DNA from: an uncultured Planctomycetota bacterium
Lineage (GTDB): Bacteria > Planctomycetota > Planctomycetia > Isosphaerales > Isosphaeraceae
Direction of reading: 5' to 3'
Assembly: GCA_963737655.1 (NCBI GenBank)
Contig: CAVTTN010000002.1
Location: 4,512,001-4,576,000, forward strand
Length of the DNA stretch: 64,000 nucleotides
A model generated the notes under the pieces. It was not told the DNA's origin. It did not search any database and was given only the letters and a program-made list of their open reading frames with translations. Positions 1 through 9,765 of this stretch are shown here, one piece after another. The translations under genes and the position numbers were made by a program. Positions within the stretch are counted from its first letter, which is position 1. Each line of letters opens with the position of its first letter.

Positions 1-2469
1 GTGGCGCCTTCAGGCTCGAAAACGAAGAAGATCACCTATGATTTCGGGACGATCCCGGGCCTGATCGAGGCGTTGAAGTCGCCGGTGGTGGCGACCCGCG
101 ACGCGGCCCAACGCGGCTTGATCGCGTGGGGCCTGGAGGCCGAAGGCCCTCTCCGTCAGGCGAGCCGGGACGTCGCCGATCCGATCGTCCGGGCCCGGAT
201 CTTCTGGACCGCGATGCAGATCCCCGCGTCGAGCTTCGCCAGGACCCTCGGCCCGACGATGAACGACCCGGACAGCCCGTTCAACAAGACGGGCAATCCG
301 GCCCACCGCGAGCAGGCGGTGCGGATGCTCGGCCGGGACGTGAGCCGGGTCGGGCACGTCGAGGACTCGAAGCCTCGCGTGGCGGCCGCCGCCTACCAGT
401 CCTTCTCCTACCTGAATCACTTGCTGCGAATGACCGGTGACCCCGATGCCGGCGTCCGCCGCGAGTTGATCCTGGCCTTCCGCGACCTGCCCACGGCGCA
501 GGTCGGCGACGCCCTGAAGAAGCTTGCCCTCTCGTGGGACGGCCAGGACCGCTGGTATCTCGAAGCCCTTGGATTGGCCCTCCGCAACCGCGAAACCGAG
601 TACCTCCGCAACCTCTTCGACGGCAACCTCTACGGAGTCACCGACCTCGACGAGATGGGCCGCAACGGCAACGTGGCGTTGCCTCCGTACTTCCCGGTGG
701 ACCGGAACGAGGCCTTTATCTCGGCCCATGACCCCGATCTGCCGCCGGCCAATTCGCTGTCGAAGACCCTGGGGCTGGCGTGGGAAGTCCACCGGACCGA
801 GGTCTTGCCGATCCTCCTGAAACTTCGCCCCGGATTGCTCGCCCCCGAGCTCCAGCAGGCTCATGATGACGTGATCGAACAGGTGACCGACCCCTCCGCC
901 GCGATCACCCTCGCCGATCAGGCCGTCGCCGATCAATCGCCCGTCCGTCGCCGGCAGATCCTCGCGACCCTGGCGAGGAAGCTCGATGGCCCGTGGGCGG
1001 CCGAGAAGAACAACCCGCAGGTGCTCCGGGCGATCACGATCGCGCTGGATGACCCCGAGACGCTCGCCCAGGGCGTGCAGATGGCCGGCGCCACCGGCAG
1101 CCCGACCTATTCCGAACGGCTGACCAGCCTCGCCGAGTCGCCGAAGACGCCCGAGGAGGTCCGCGCCGCCGCCGTCGAGGCGATTGCCCGCTCGAAGGCC
1201 CCCCGGGCCGTGGCCGTCCTCGATGACCTGATCGCCAAGGCGAAGGAAAGCAAGAGCGGAGGCGCCGCCGCCGAGGCGGCCGTCCGCTCCTTGCCGAGAC
1301 TCGGCGATGCCCGCCCTCGGCTCGCCGCGATCATGAATGATGAGGCGTACCCGCTGGGCCTCCGTCGCGAGGCCCTCCGCACCTTCGCCAGCCAGGGACA
1401 GGGGGCCCGCCAGTTGCTCGCGATGGCCCGCGAGAAGAAGGTGCCCGACGCCCTGAAGACCGAGGCCGCCAGCGTCTTGCGCTCCAACCCCGACGGCAAC
1501 ATCCGCAACGAGGCGTTGCAGGTCATGCCGATCGTCTCGGCCAGCGGCAAGCCCCTGCCCTCCAACGGAGAGCTGGTCCGCCGGGACGGCAAGGCCGACC
1601 GGGGCCGCGAGGTCTTCTTCAAGATCGGCACCACCACCTGCGCGAGCTGCCACCGGGTCCAGGGCCGAGGCCAGTGGATCGGCCCGGACCTCTCCACCAT
1701 CGGCAACAAGTACGGCAAGGAAGAGATCCTCCGGTCGATCCTCAACCCCAGCGCCGCCATCGGCTACAACGACCGGAGCCTGGTCGTGGCGATGAACGAC
1801 GGCCAGACCCTCACCGGCCTGGTCGTGGAAGACTCGCCGAACCGGCTCCTGCTGAAGCTGGCCGACGGCAAGCGCGTGGAGATCAAGCCGAACGAGATCG
1901 AGGCCCGGCGGTTCGCGGACATCTCCCTGATGCCCGAGGGGCTGGCCCAGGCCATGCAGGAGCAGGACCTCGTGGACCTGATCGCCTTCCTCGCCTCGCT
2001 CCGCCAGCCGGTGAGCATCGTCGGCCAGTTCGGCCTGCTCGCCCCGGTCACCGACGCCGTCCAGGCCCCGACGATCGACCCGGCGTCGCCGATCAAGTCC
2101 GCCGCCGACAAGGGCCTGCCCTGGAGGCGGATCACGGCCAACGCCGAGGGGGTCGCCGACCTGATCCCGGCCCTCGGCACCGACTCCACGAAGGCCGCCT
2201 ACCTCCACACCCCCGTGACCTCGCCCATCGAGCAGGACGCGCAGCTCGTCCTCGACACCAAGGACGACATCGCGGCCTGGCTCGGCGGCAAGCCGATCGA
2301 CCTGCCCAAAGCGGCCGACAACGAGCCCCGGAGCGTCTCGATCAAGCTGCCCAAGGGATCGACCGACCTGTTGATCCGGGTCCCCGGCGGCAACGCGGCG
2401 AAGGTCGTGGCCACGTTCGTCGCCAATCGCCCGGTGGAGTTCTCCCCGGTCGAGGTTAAAGGGCGCTGA
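1..2469 (+). CDS. PVC-type heme-binding protein (HEAT repeats + CxxCH cytochrome c domain), 5'-truncated by window edge
   Basis: HEAT-like helical repeats (VRRELILA, VRAAAVEAI); CASCH heme motif followed by GPDLS..G..Y...IL.SIL.PSA and SLMPEGL. Confidence 0.85.
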   Translation: MAPSGSKTKKITYDFGTIPGLIEALKSPVVATRDAAQRGLIAWGLEAEGPLRQASRDVADPIVRARIFWTAMQIPASSFARTLGPTMNDPDSPFNKTGNPAHREQAVRMLGRDVSRVGHVEDSKPRVAAAAYQSFSYLNHLLRMTGDPDAGVRRELILAFRDLPTAQVGDALKKLALSWDGQDRWYLEALGLALRNRETEYLRNLFDGNLYGVTDLDEMGRNGNVALPPYFPVDRNEAFISAHDPDLPPANSLSKTLGLAWEVHRTEVLPILLKLRPGLLAPELQQAHDDVIEQVTDPSAAITLADQAVADQSPVRRRQILATLARKLDGPWAAEKNNPQVLRAITIALDDPETLAQGVQMAGATGSPTYSERLTSLAESPKTPEEVRAAAVEAIARSKAPRAVAVLDDLIAKAKESKSGGAAAEAAVRSLPRLGDARPRLAAIMNDEAYPLGLRREALRTFASQGQGARQLLAMAREKKVPDALKTEAASVLRSNPDGNIRNEALQVMPIVSASGKPLPSNGELVRRDGKADRGREVFFKIGTTTCASCHRVQGRGQWIGPDLSTIGNKYGKEEILRSILNPSAAIGYNDRSLVVAMNDGQTLTGLVVEDSPNRLLLKLADGKRVEIKPNEIEARRFADISLMPEGLAQAMQEQDLVDLIAFLASLRQPVSIVGQFGLLAPVTDAVQAPTIDPASPIKSAADKGLPWRRITANAEGVADLIPALGTDSTKAAYLHTPVTSPIEQDAQLVLDTKDDIAAWLGGKPIDLPKAADNEPRSVSIKLPKGSTDLLIRVPGGNAAKVVATFVANRPVEFSPVEVKGR

Positions 2470-2549
2470 GGATCGTTTTCGAGGGGAGCGAGTCGTCCTG
2501 GCCCGCTCTCCGTCCTCCGTGAAAGACGTCCCGACGGGGGAGCCAATCG

Positions 2550-3223
2550 ATGGGATTCCCGGAGTTCGACCGACCTCACGATCAGGAACCGCCGAAGCCC
2601 GACGGGACCCCCGAAGTCGCCTGGCGACGGCTCGCCGGATGGGCCGGGACGTGCGGGGCGGTGCCGTTTGGCATGGCACTCTGGCTGCCCGTGTTCTGGA
2701 TCACCGGCAAAACCGCGCGGCCCGGGGAGAGGCGCTGGTCGTGATCGTCGTGGGGGCCCTGCCGCTCGTCCCGTTCGCCATCGCCATGACCCGGGTCGAT
2801 CGAGGCGGCTGGTCCCGCGTCCTAGTCCGGGCGATCCTGGGGCTGGGCGTGGGGGCGGCCTCGATCCTCCTGTGCTGGTTCGCGGGCCTGGTCATCCTGC
2901 CGGCGGCCGTCGGCGGGATGGTCCTGGGCGCCCTGGCGCTCGGGCCCTGCTGGTGGGACAGGGACGCCGAAGGGCGGGCCCTGGCCCTCCTCGGCCTGGC
3001 CCCGGCCATCGGGATGCTGGGGATCTGGTTCGTGAAATGGGCCCGGCATCACGCCTTCGGGGTTGTGGTCGCGCTCGATCCATCCTGGCTGTTCGGGTGG
3101 CATTCGCTGCCGGCCCTGCTCGCGGTGGGCATCGCGGCCATCGCCCTGGCCCTCTTCCGCTCCCGGGCCCGAAGAGAGGCCCATGCCAAACCCGTGGCCG
3201 GGGCGTGGCGAGACCTCGACTGA
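2550..3223 (+). CDS. Hypothetical membrane protein, apparently split by a 1-nt frameshift near 2724-2727
   Basis: ATG 2550 follows GGGGAG; its frame has high GC3 and a hydrophobic segment and continues into the multi-TM frame ending at 3223 if one G is added to the GGGG run. Confidence 0.5.
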
Positions 3224-3340
3224 TCGCCGCCCGGCGATGTCCCGCGGAAACACGGCCCGAATGCGCGGAAATCACCGTCCCAGCCGGGTAGAATCGCCCG
3301 AAGAGGCCCTTTCTTCCAGTTCGCACGGGTCGATCCCGCC

Positions 3341-3922
3341 ATGAACACCCATCGATCCAGGCCGATCGACGCCGGTAGGACCCTCGTGATCCACGCCCTC
3401 GGCGCCTCGGCCCTCGCGGGACTCTTCGTCGTCTCCACACTGGATGAGTTCGAGCTCGTCTTCATCGTATGGACGGGATATCTGACCCTGGTCGCCTTCT
3501 TCCTCTTCCGGCGGAAACAAATGGGCCTGGCGTTCGTCGTCCTGCCCGTCCAGGTGGTCGCGTCATGGGCGGTGGTCGTCGCGGCGGTGCTGGCTCCGTT
3601 GAAGACCCGCGATCGCGTCCTCCAAGGGCGGGTCGTCCTGCCGAGCGCCGAGAGGTCCCTCGGCGAGCTCAAGGCCTACGCCGAGGGACCGGGGCGGCGG
3701 TCGTTCTCGACGCAAATCCACGTCTCCTTCCCCGCTGCGCAGGCCGATCACGTCATCCGCTGGCCGGGTCGCGAGATCTCGGTCAAGGAGTTCATGGCGG
3801 CCATCGAGGAGCAGACCCGGCTGAGGTGCGAGCTCGGCAGTTGCGGCAACGGCTCGACGATCCTGTTCGGCGGCAACTGCGTGTTTGGTGTGGGCATCTG
3901 GGAACGTCACAATCCACCATGA
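3341..3922 (+). CDS. Hypothetical membrane protein
   Basis: 193-aa ORF with three N-terminal hydrophobic segments; ATGA overlap with the next gene. Confidence 0.7.
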   Translation: MNTHRSRPIDAGRTLVIHALGASALAGLFVVSTLDEFELVFIVWTGYLTLVAFFLFRRKQMGLAFVVLPVQVVASWAVVVAAVLAPLKTRDRVLQGRVVLPSAERSLGELKAYAEGPGRRSFSTQIHVSFPAAQADHVIRWPGREISVKEFMAAIEEQTRLRCELGSCGNGSTILFGGNCVFGVGIWERHNPP

Positions 3923-5583
3923 CACGCAACGTGCCCGACCGTCGGAGATCCGAACGTGCCGGCCGAGCCTGGAGGCGACTTGCTCCCGCCCTCCTCCTGG
4001 CGATTGCCGCCGCGCCTTCGCCTCCCGCCGATCCCCCCCTCTTCCGCGACGTTTCCGCCCGATCCGGCCTCGATTTTCGCTTCCATTCCGGCTCCCGGGG
4101 CAAGCACGACCTGCCCGAGATCATGGGCGGAGGCGTCGCCTTGATCGACTTCGACGGCGATGGGCTGCTGGATGTCTATTTCTGCAACGGAGGGCCGATC
4201 GGCGCCGGGAAGGACGACCCGCCGGGCCGCCTCTATCGCAACCTCGGAGAAGGCCAGTTCGCCGACGCGACCGATCGGGCCGACGCCCCGGGGCCCTCCT
4301 ATGCGATGGGCGCCGCCGTGGGGGATTTTGACGGCGACGGCCGCGACGACCTGTTCGTGACCGGCTGGCGCGATCAAAGACTCTATCGCAACCTCGGGAA
4401 TGGCCGGTTCCAGGACGTGACCGAGCCGGCCGGCCTCGCCTCGAAACTCTGGAGCACCTCCGCCGCCTTCGCCGACCTCGATGCCGACGGCGACCTCGAC
4501 CTTTTCGTGACCACGTATGTCGATTTCGACCCGAACGACGCCCCGTTCTGCGCCTCGCCCGACGGCAAGCGCGACTATTGCGGCCCCGAGGAGTTCGCCG
4601 CCCAGCCCGACCGGCTCTACCGCAACAACGGCGACGGCAGCTTCACCGACGTCTCGAAATCGGGAGGAATCGAAGGCCCGGACGGCCGGGGGCTGGGCGT
4701 CCTCGTGGCCGACCTGACCGGCGACCGCCGCCTCGATGTCTTCGTGGCGAACGACGGCTCGCCCTGCCGATTGTTCGAGAATCGCGGAGGGCTGACGTTC
4801 GTCGAGGTCGGCCGGGAGGGCGGCGTGGCCTTCGACGCCGCCGGCGGTCCGCTCGCCGGGATGGGCGTCTCGGCCGGCGACCTGGACGGCGACGGCCGGA
4901 TCGACCTGGTCGTCGGCAACTTCCTGGGCCGGTCCACGATCGGCTTCCGGAACCTCGGAGCCGGCCTGTTCCTCGACGATTCGGCCCGGCTCGGCCTCGT
5001 CGCGACGACCCGCCCGGTCCTGGGCTTCGGCCTGGCCCTCGAAGATTTCGACGGCGACGGCGACCTCGACCTGATGCAGGCCAACGGCCACGTCCTCGAC
5101 CGCGAGCGCCTGGGCGAACCGTTCGCGATGCCGACGAAACTCCTTCGCAACGACGGCGGCAAGTTCGTCGATGCGTCACGGTCGGCCGGTCCGTTCTTCG
5201 GGCGATCGATCCTCGGCCGGGGGCTGGCGATCGGCGACCTGGACCGCGACGGTCGGCCCGACGCCGTGGTCGCCTCCCTCGACTCGGCACCGGGCTTGCT
5301 CCTCAACGACGGGCCGGGCCGATTCCTGGCGATCGAACTCGTCGGGAAAGGCAAGGCGGGCCGATCGCCGGTCGGCGCGCGGGTCTCGGCGACGATCGGC
5401 CGGGGGCGGGTCGTCCGCGAGGTGGTCGGAGGGGGCAGCTACCTGTCGGCGTCGTCGCGGACCGTCTTCATCGGCCTCGGCCCGGGCACGATCCGCGAGG
5501 TCGAGGTCCGATGGCCCTCGGGCAAGGTCCAGACGTTCCCGGTCGAGCCGGGACGGACCGCGGTGAGGCTTTCCGAAGACTGA
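3919..5583 (+). CDS. CRTAC1-family FG-GAP repeat / ASPIC-UnbV protein
   Basis: Repeated DFDGDGxxDL motifs; C-terminal GARV...GGGSYLS...GLG...VRWPSG; signal peptide; start overlaps upstream stop. Confidence 0.9.
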   Translation: MTRNVPDRRRSERAGRAWRRLAPALLLAIAAAPSPPADPPLFRDVSARSGLDFRFHSGSRGKHDLPEIMGGGVALIDFDGDGLLDVYFCNGGPIGAGKDDPPGRLYRNLGEGQFADATDRADAPGPSYAMGAAVGDFDGDGRDDLFVTGWRDQRLYRNLGNGRFQDVTEPAGLASKLWSTSAAFADLDADGDLDLFVTTYVDFDPNDAPFCASPDGKRDYCGPEEFAAQPDRLYRNNGDGSFTDVSKSGGIEGPDGRGLGVLVADLTGDRRLDVFVANDGSPCRLFENRGGLTFVEVGREGGVAFDAAGGPLAGMGVSAGDLDGDGRIDLVVGNFLGRSTIGFRNLGAGLFLDDSARLGLVATTRPVLGFGLALEDFDGDGDLDLMQANGHVLDRERLGEPFAMPTKLLRNDGGKFVDASRSAGPFFGRSILGRGLAIGDLDRDGRPDAVVASLDSAPGLLLNDGPGRFLAIELVGKGKAGRSPVGARVSATIGRGRVVREVVGGGSYLSASSRTVFIGLGPGTIREVEVRWPSGKVQTFPVEPGRTAVRLSED

Positions 5584-5699
5584 GCCGGGCCGCCGGCATC
5601 CCCCCACCCGTCCCGGGCTCAGCCGCCTCCCCCTCGGGCGGTTCCATGTGATAGACTCTGGTCAAGTCGCGATGAGGCCAAGGGTGGGAGCGTGCGCCG

Positions 5700-5888
5700 A
5701 TGGGAATGGAGAAAATCCTCTGCTTGGTGGCGATGATCATTGCCGGCCTGCTGGCACTGGTCTTCCTGATCGACGCCGTCTCGGGCTTCCCGTTCAAGCA
5801 GCAGAGCATCGTCCTGGACGTGCTCTTCATCCTGGGCGGGGGGTTCATCCTGTGGCAGGGCGTGGAGACGTATCGGGAGTTCCGCTGA
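5700..5888 (+). CDS. Small two-TM membrane protein
   Basis: 62 aa, two hydrophobic helices, high GC3, upstream GGGAG. Confidence 0.65.
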   Translation: MGMEKILCLVAMIIAGLLALVFLIDAVSGFPFKQQSIVLDVLFILGGGFILWQGVETYREFR

Positions 5889-7427
5889 CGGATCGCTCCC
5901 GCTCCACCGCGTCCTGGATCGCCCGGACGACGCCGTCCCACGTAAACCGCTCGGCCTCGGCCGAGACCGTCCAGCCGAGCCCCCGGGCGGCGGCCGTCGT
6001 CACCGGACTGATCGTCGCCACCCGAATTTCCCGGCCGATCCTCCGCCGGGCGGTTTCGGGCAGGAGCGTGAACAAGCGTTCGGCGATCGCCGAACTCGTC
6101 AACGTGACCCAATCGACGGAGCCGGCCTCGATCCGCTCGACCAGGCCGACGGGCAGCCCCTCGGCATCGGCGTTCCGATAGACGGCCACCTGCTCGACTT
6201 CCGCCACCTTGTCCAGCTCGTCCTTGAGCAACGTCCGACCGCGATCGGCCCTGGCCAGCAAGACGCGGCGCCCCGGGCCCGTTCGACCAGCGCCTCGGCC
6301 AGCCCTTCGGAGCGGTACGAATCGGGCACGAGGTCCGCCCTGAGTCGAAATCTCGCGAGCGCCTCGGCCGTCGCCGGCCCGATCGCGGCGATTCGGAGGC
6401 TGCCGAGCGCCCGCAAGTCCTTGCCGATCGCGTCCAGGCGGTCGAGGAAGTGCCTCACGCCATTCGCCGACGTGAACACCAGCCAATCGAAGCGTCCGAG
6501 CCGATTCAGGGCGTCATCCAGGGGGCCGAAGTCCTCCAGGGGGAGGATCGCGACGGTCGGCGCCGGGATCGCCTCGGCGCCGAGGGCCTCCAGGGAGGCG
6601 CAGGCCGAATCGCTCTCGTCGGCCGGTCGGGTCACGACGATCCGCTGGCCGAACAGGGGCAACGCCTCGAACCACGCGAGCGAGGGGCGCCTCGCCACCA
6701 CGTCGCCGACGACCAGGAGGGCCGGAGGGCCGATCCCCGAGGCGGCCACGAGGTCGGCCAGGTCGGCGAGCGTCCCGACGACCGTCTTCTGGCCCGCCAG
6801 GGTGCCCGACTGGACCATCGCGGCGGGCAATCCGGCCGGTTTTCCTTCGCGGATCAGCGTCTCGCAGAGGCTCCGCAACCGGCCCACGCCCATGTAGACC
6901 ACCAGGGTCCCGGGGAACCTCGCGAGGCTCGGCCAGTCGATCCTGGAGGACGGCGAGCCCGGCTCGTCGTGGCCCGTGACGAACGCCACGGCCGACGCCG
7001 CCTCGCGATGCGTGATCGGCAGACCCGCATACGCCGAGACGCCTACCCCGGCCGTGACTCCTGGGACCACCGAGAACGGCACTCCCGCTCCTCGCAGATG
7101 CTCGGCCTCCTCCGCCCCCCGGCCGAAGACGAACGGATCGCCCCCCTTGAGCCTCACGACCCGCTTCCCCTCGCGAGCCAGGGCCACGAGCAAGGCGTTG
7201 ATCTCCTCTTGCCTCATCGCGCACTTGCCCGAGGTCTTCCCCGCGAACAGGCGGTCGGCCGACGGCGGGGCCAGCGCGAGCAATCGCGGGTGGACCAGGT
7301 GGTCATAAACGACCGCCTCGGCCTTCGCGAGAGCCTCGGCCCCGAGACGGGTCAGCAACCCCGGGTCGCCCGGCCCCGCGCCGACGAGATCGACCCGGCC
7401 GATCTCGCGTTCCCCCCTCGATGCCAT
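5845..7427 (-). CDS. cobA-hemD: Uroporphyrinogen-III C-methyltransferase / uroporphyrinogen-III synthase fusion, with a frameshift near 6271-6274
   Basis: VGAGPGDPGLLT and RLKGGDPFVFGRG (SUMT); VVTRP, FTSANGV, AAIGPATA, then in a second frame RVLLARA...VAVY...LTSS (HemD). Confidence 0.9.
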
Positions 7428-7461
7428 CGCCGTAAATTCCCTTCCAACCCCCGGGGATCAA

Positions 7462-7669
7462 GGGAAACGGTGTCAGATCGATTTTTTCGCGGCGAAAAAT
7501 CGATCTGACATGCTCCGTAAAAAACCCCTTCGAAGCATCAATACGAGTAGGTCCGACTTCAGTCGGGCCTACAAGAAGGTCATATTTCGTAGGCCCGACT
7601 GAAGTCGGACCTACTCGTTTCCTCATTCTCACTGGGGTTTTCTACGAAGCCGATCCGACACCATTTCCC
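7462..7669. repeat. Palindromic GGTGTCAGATCG-type repeat interrupted by a REP-bearing MITE
   Basis: Hairpin TGTCAGATCGATTTTT..AAAAATCGATCTGACA at 7471-7510; outer arms GGGAAACGG (7462) and CCATTTCCC (7661). Confidence 0.7.
7512..7650. mobile_element. MITE-like element copy 1 carrying REP family A doublet (7547-7614)
   Basis: Ends GCTCCGTAAAAAACCCC / GGGGTTTTCTACGAAGC; inner GTAGGTCCGACTTCAGTCGGGCCTAC and its inverted copy; related copies at 15313 and 19909. Confidence 0.75.
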
Positions 7670-7707
7670 CCAGATCCCGATGGCCGGTTCCCCCGATCCG
7701 GTCCGCC

Positions 7708-8724
7708 TCAAACCTCGGTCGGCACGCCCTTCTTCGACCCGTCCCTCACCATCAGGATGCCGAGTTCGTAGAGCAGGATCATGGGCACGGCGAGGAGGGC
7801 GAGGGTGAACGGGTCGCCGGTCGGCGTGATCACGGCCGCGACGACCACGATGATCAGGATCGCGAACCGCCTCTTGGACCGGAAGTCCGCCACGCTGACG
7901 ATCCCGATCCGTTCGATGACCATCATCACCAGGGGCGTCTGGAAACAGAGGCCAAAAACCAGGGGGAGGATGGTCGCGAAGCTGATCCACTCGCTGATCC
8001 GCAACGTCGGCTCGATCCCCAGCCAGATGTTGAAATCGAGCAGGAATTCCAGGGTGTACGGCAGGACGAAGAAGAAGCACAGGAACACCCCGCCGAGGAA
8101 CAGGCCGAGCGAGAACGGCAGGAACTTGTTCACATAATGCCGCTCGTGGCGGTACAGCCCGGCGGCGATGAACGCCCAGATCTCGCGGAAGACCCACGGG
8201 CTGGAGATCACCAGGCCGGTGACGATGCACACGCCGAAGAAGATCATGAAGGTTTCGAGGGGGGCGAGCGAGATCAGCGCCGATTTCGGCTCGATCGACC
8301 GGGCGACGCCCTTGATCATGTCCGACTCGCGGAGGGTCATCGTCAGCGCCACTTTTTCGCCGACGGCCTTGGGGTCGGGCGTACCGAGGTCCGGGAAGAG
8401 GGCCTTCATGGCCTTCGAAAACTCCTCGCCGTCGATCTCCACCTGCATGGGGTCGGTGCGGACCTTCTTGGCGTTGGCCTCGGTCTCGCGGCGGAGGGCC
8501 TGCTCGGTGTAGAACTTGTTCAGCGCCTTCTGCGCCGGGTCCTGCATCATCTTCATGACCTTCTGGCCCAGGTTCAGCGGCGGGATGAACGCGATGGTCA
8601 TCCCGACGAACAGGCCGATCAGGGCACGAATCAGGTGGAAGCGCAGCTCCTCGATATGCTCGCCGAAGCTCATGGCGGGCATGGTCTGCTCTTCGGCGAA
8701 GAGATCCTGCTCTTTCGGACGCAT
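7708..8724 (-). CDS. tatC: Twin-arginine translocase subunit TatC
   Basis: MSFGEHIEELR, W.FI..GLY.HE, FGLCFQTP, AAVITPTGDP, PM.LLYE motifs. Confidence 0.95.
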   Translation of the reverse strand: MRPKEQDLFAEEQTMPAMSFGEHIEELRFHLIRALIGLFVGMTIAFIPPLNLGQKVMKMMQDPAQKALNKFYTEQALRRETEANAKKVRTDPMQVEIDGEEFSKAMKALFPDLGTPDPKAVGEKVALTMTLRESDMIKGVARSIEPKSALISLAPLETFMIFFGVCIVTGLVISSPWVFREIWAFIAAGLYRHERHYVNKFLPFSLGLFLGGVFLCFFFVLPYTLEFLLDFNIWLGIEPTLRISEWISFATILPLVFGLCFQTPLVMMVIERIGIVSVADFRSKRRFAILIIVVVAAVITPTGDPFTLALLAVPMILLYELGILMVRDGSKKGVPTEV

Positions 8725-8995
8725 CGAAGGGGGCTCCCCCCTCCGGGTTCGGATCGGATCGCGAGGGATTCGGATCGGATCGAATCGACCGGAGGGGCCG
8801 CGAGAGGCCGGGGCGGGCCGGACGGGGGAGGAGACGCCGGTCGCGAGGCCCGTCCCGAGGCCCGGACCGTCCAGCAGAACCGCCGGAGGGCCTCGCGGGG
8901 ACGGCCCATCACCGGCGGGAGCGTTCCTGAGCCACTAATTCTAACCCCAAAAGCCGCCCCGACGCCAGGGGGGACCGGGAACCGGCCTCTCGCCC

Positions 8996-9379
8996 TCAAT
9001 CGAGATCGGATCGCGCCTCAATCGCGTCGGCGTCATTCATGGCCAGGGTCCGAACCGTGGCGCGGCCGAGGGGCGTGAGTCCTGCAAGGATCACTCCTCG
9101 ATGCTCGAAGTGTTCGGACCAGACATCGAGACGGGGGTGGAACAACCGGGCGACCTCGCCCGAATCGGGGTCGATACCGGTCAGGTTCGGCCCCTTGTGC
9201 AAATTGCAATGGTGGCAGGACAACGCCAGATTGCCGGCGTCGTCCGATCCCCCGTGCTGCCGGGCGATGATGTGCTCGATGTGGAACGGCGAGATCGGCA
9301 GCGCATCCTGCGGCAGTCGGCAATACTCGCAGGGATCGCCGGCCCGCTGCCGGACCAGCCGGCGTGTCGCGCGATCCAT
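8996..9379 (-). CDS. HNH endonuclease
   Basis: CEYC...HIEHIIARQHGGSDD..NLALSC..CN..KG; LFHPR...W..HF. Confidence 0.9.
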   Translation of the reverse strand: MDRATRRLVRQRAGDPCEYCRLPQDALPISPFHIEHIIARQHGGSDDAGNLALSCHHCNLHKGPNLTGIDPDSGEVARLFHPRLDVWSEHFEHRGVILAGLTPLGRATVRTLAMNDADAIEARSDLD

Positions 9380-9380
9380 T

Positions 9381-9650
9381 TCAGGCGGGGCCGGCGTCGG
9401 CGAGGACGCGACGGGCCTTCTTCTGCAAGATGCCGATCAGGTGGATCGCCCCGACGATCCCCTCATATTCGGCCTTCTCCTCGGGCGAGAGCCGGCCCTC
9501 ATTGCACTTCTCGGCGAGCTCATCAATCTGGGTCTGGAGCGCGGGATCGGCCCGCAAAGCGACGATCTCCCTCGCCAGGTCGGGCGTGATCGCCCGCCCC
9601 ACGGGTGCCATCAGGCGATCCAGGACATCCACGGAAGGGGCTTGGCTCAT
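9381..9650 (-). CDS. Small helical protein, putative antitoxin-like partner of the HNH nuclease
   Basis: 89 aa; ends 1 nt before the HNH start; DELAEKCNEGRLSPEEKAEY motif. Confidence 0.75.
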   Translation of the reverse strand: MSQAPSVDVLDRLMAPVGRAITPDLAREIVALRADPALQTQIDELAEKCNEGRLSPEEKAEYEGIVGAIHLIGILQKKARRVLADAGPA

Positions 9651-9765
9651 GATGGGATCGTAGCACGACGCGGAACGGGATGTCGAGCCGAGATCCGGGC
9701 GGGGCCGTCGAGGGGATCGGGCGGATTCGGGACGTCCCCGCGACCGGGCCAGGCCGGCGAGGGCC

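Noticed and set aside
10..2679. Long antisense and alternate-frame ORFs (e.g. 10-2679, 15453-18071, 24803-28351, 39061-42144)
   Set aside because: Shadow ORFs of high-GC genes; Arg/Gly/Pro-rich or antisense to well-supported CDSs, with no motifs.
7303..7632. Short ORFs sharing RVGPTSVGP..VGPTEVGPTR peptides (also 15200, 19833)
   Set aside because: Translations of the REP-A palindrome, not a protein family.
8745..8785. TTCGGATCGGATCG repeated twice upstream of tatC
   Set aside because: Short low-complexity GATC-rich repeat; no supportable function.
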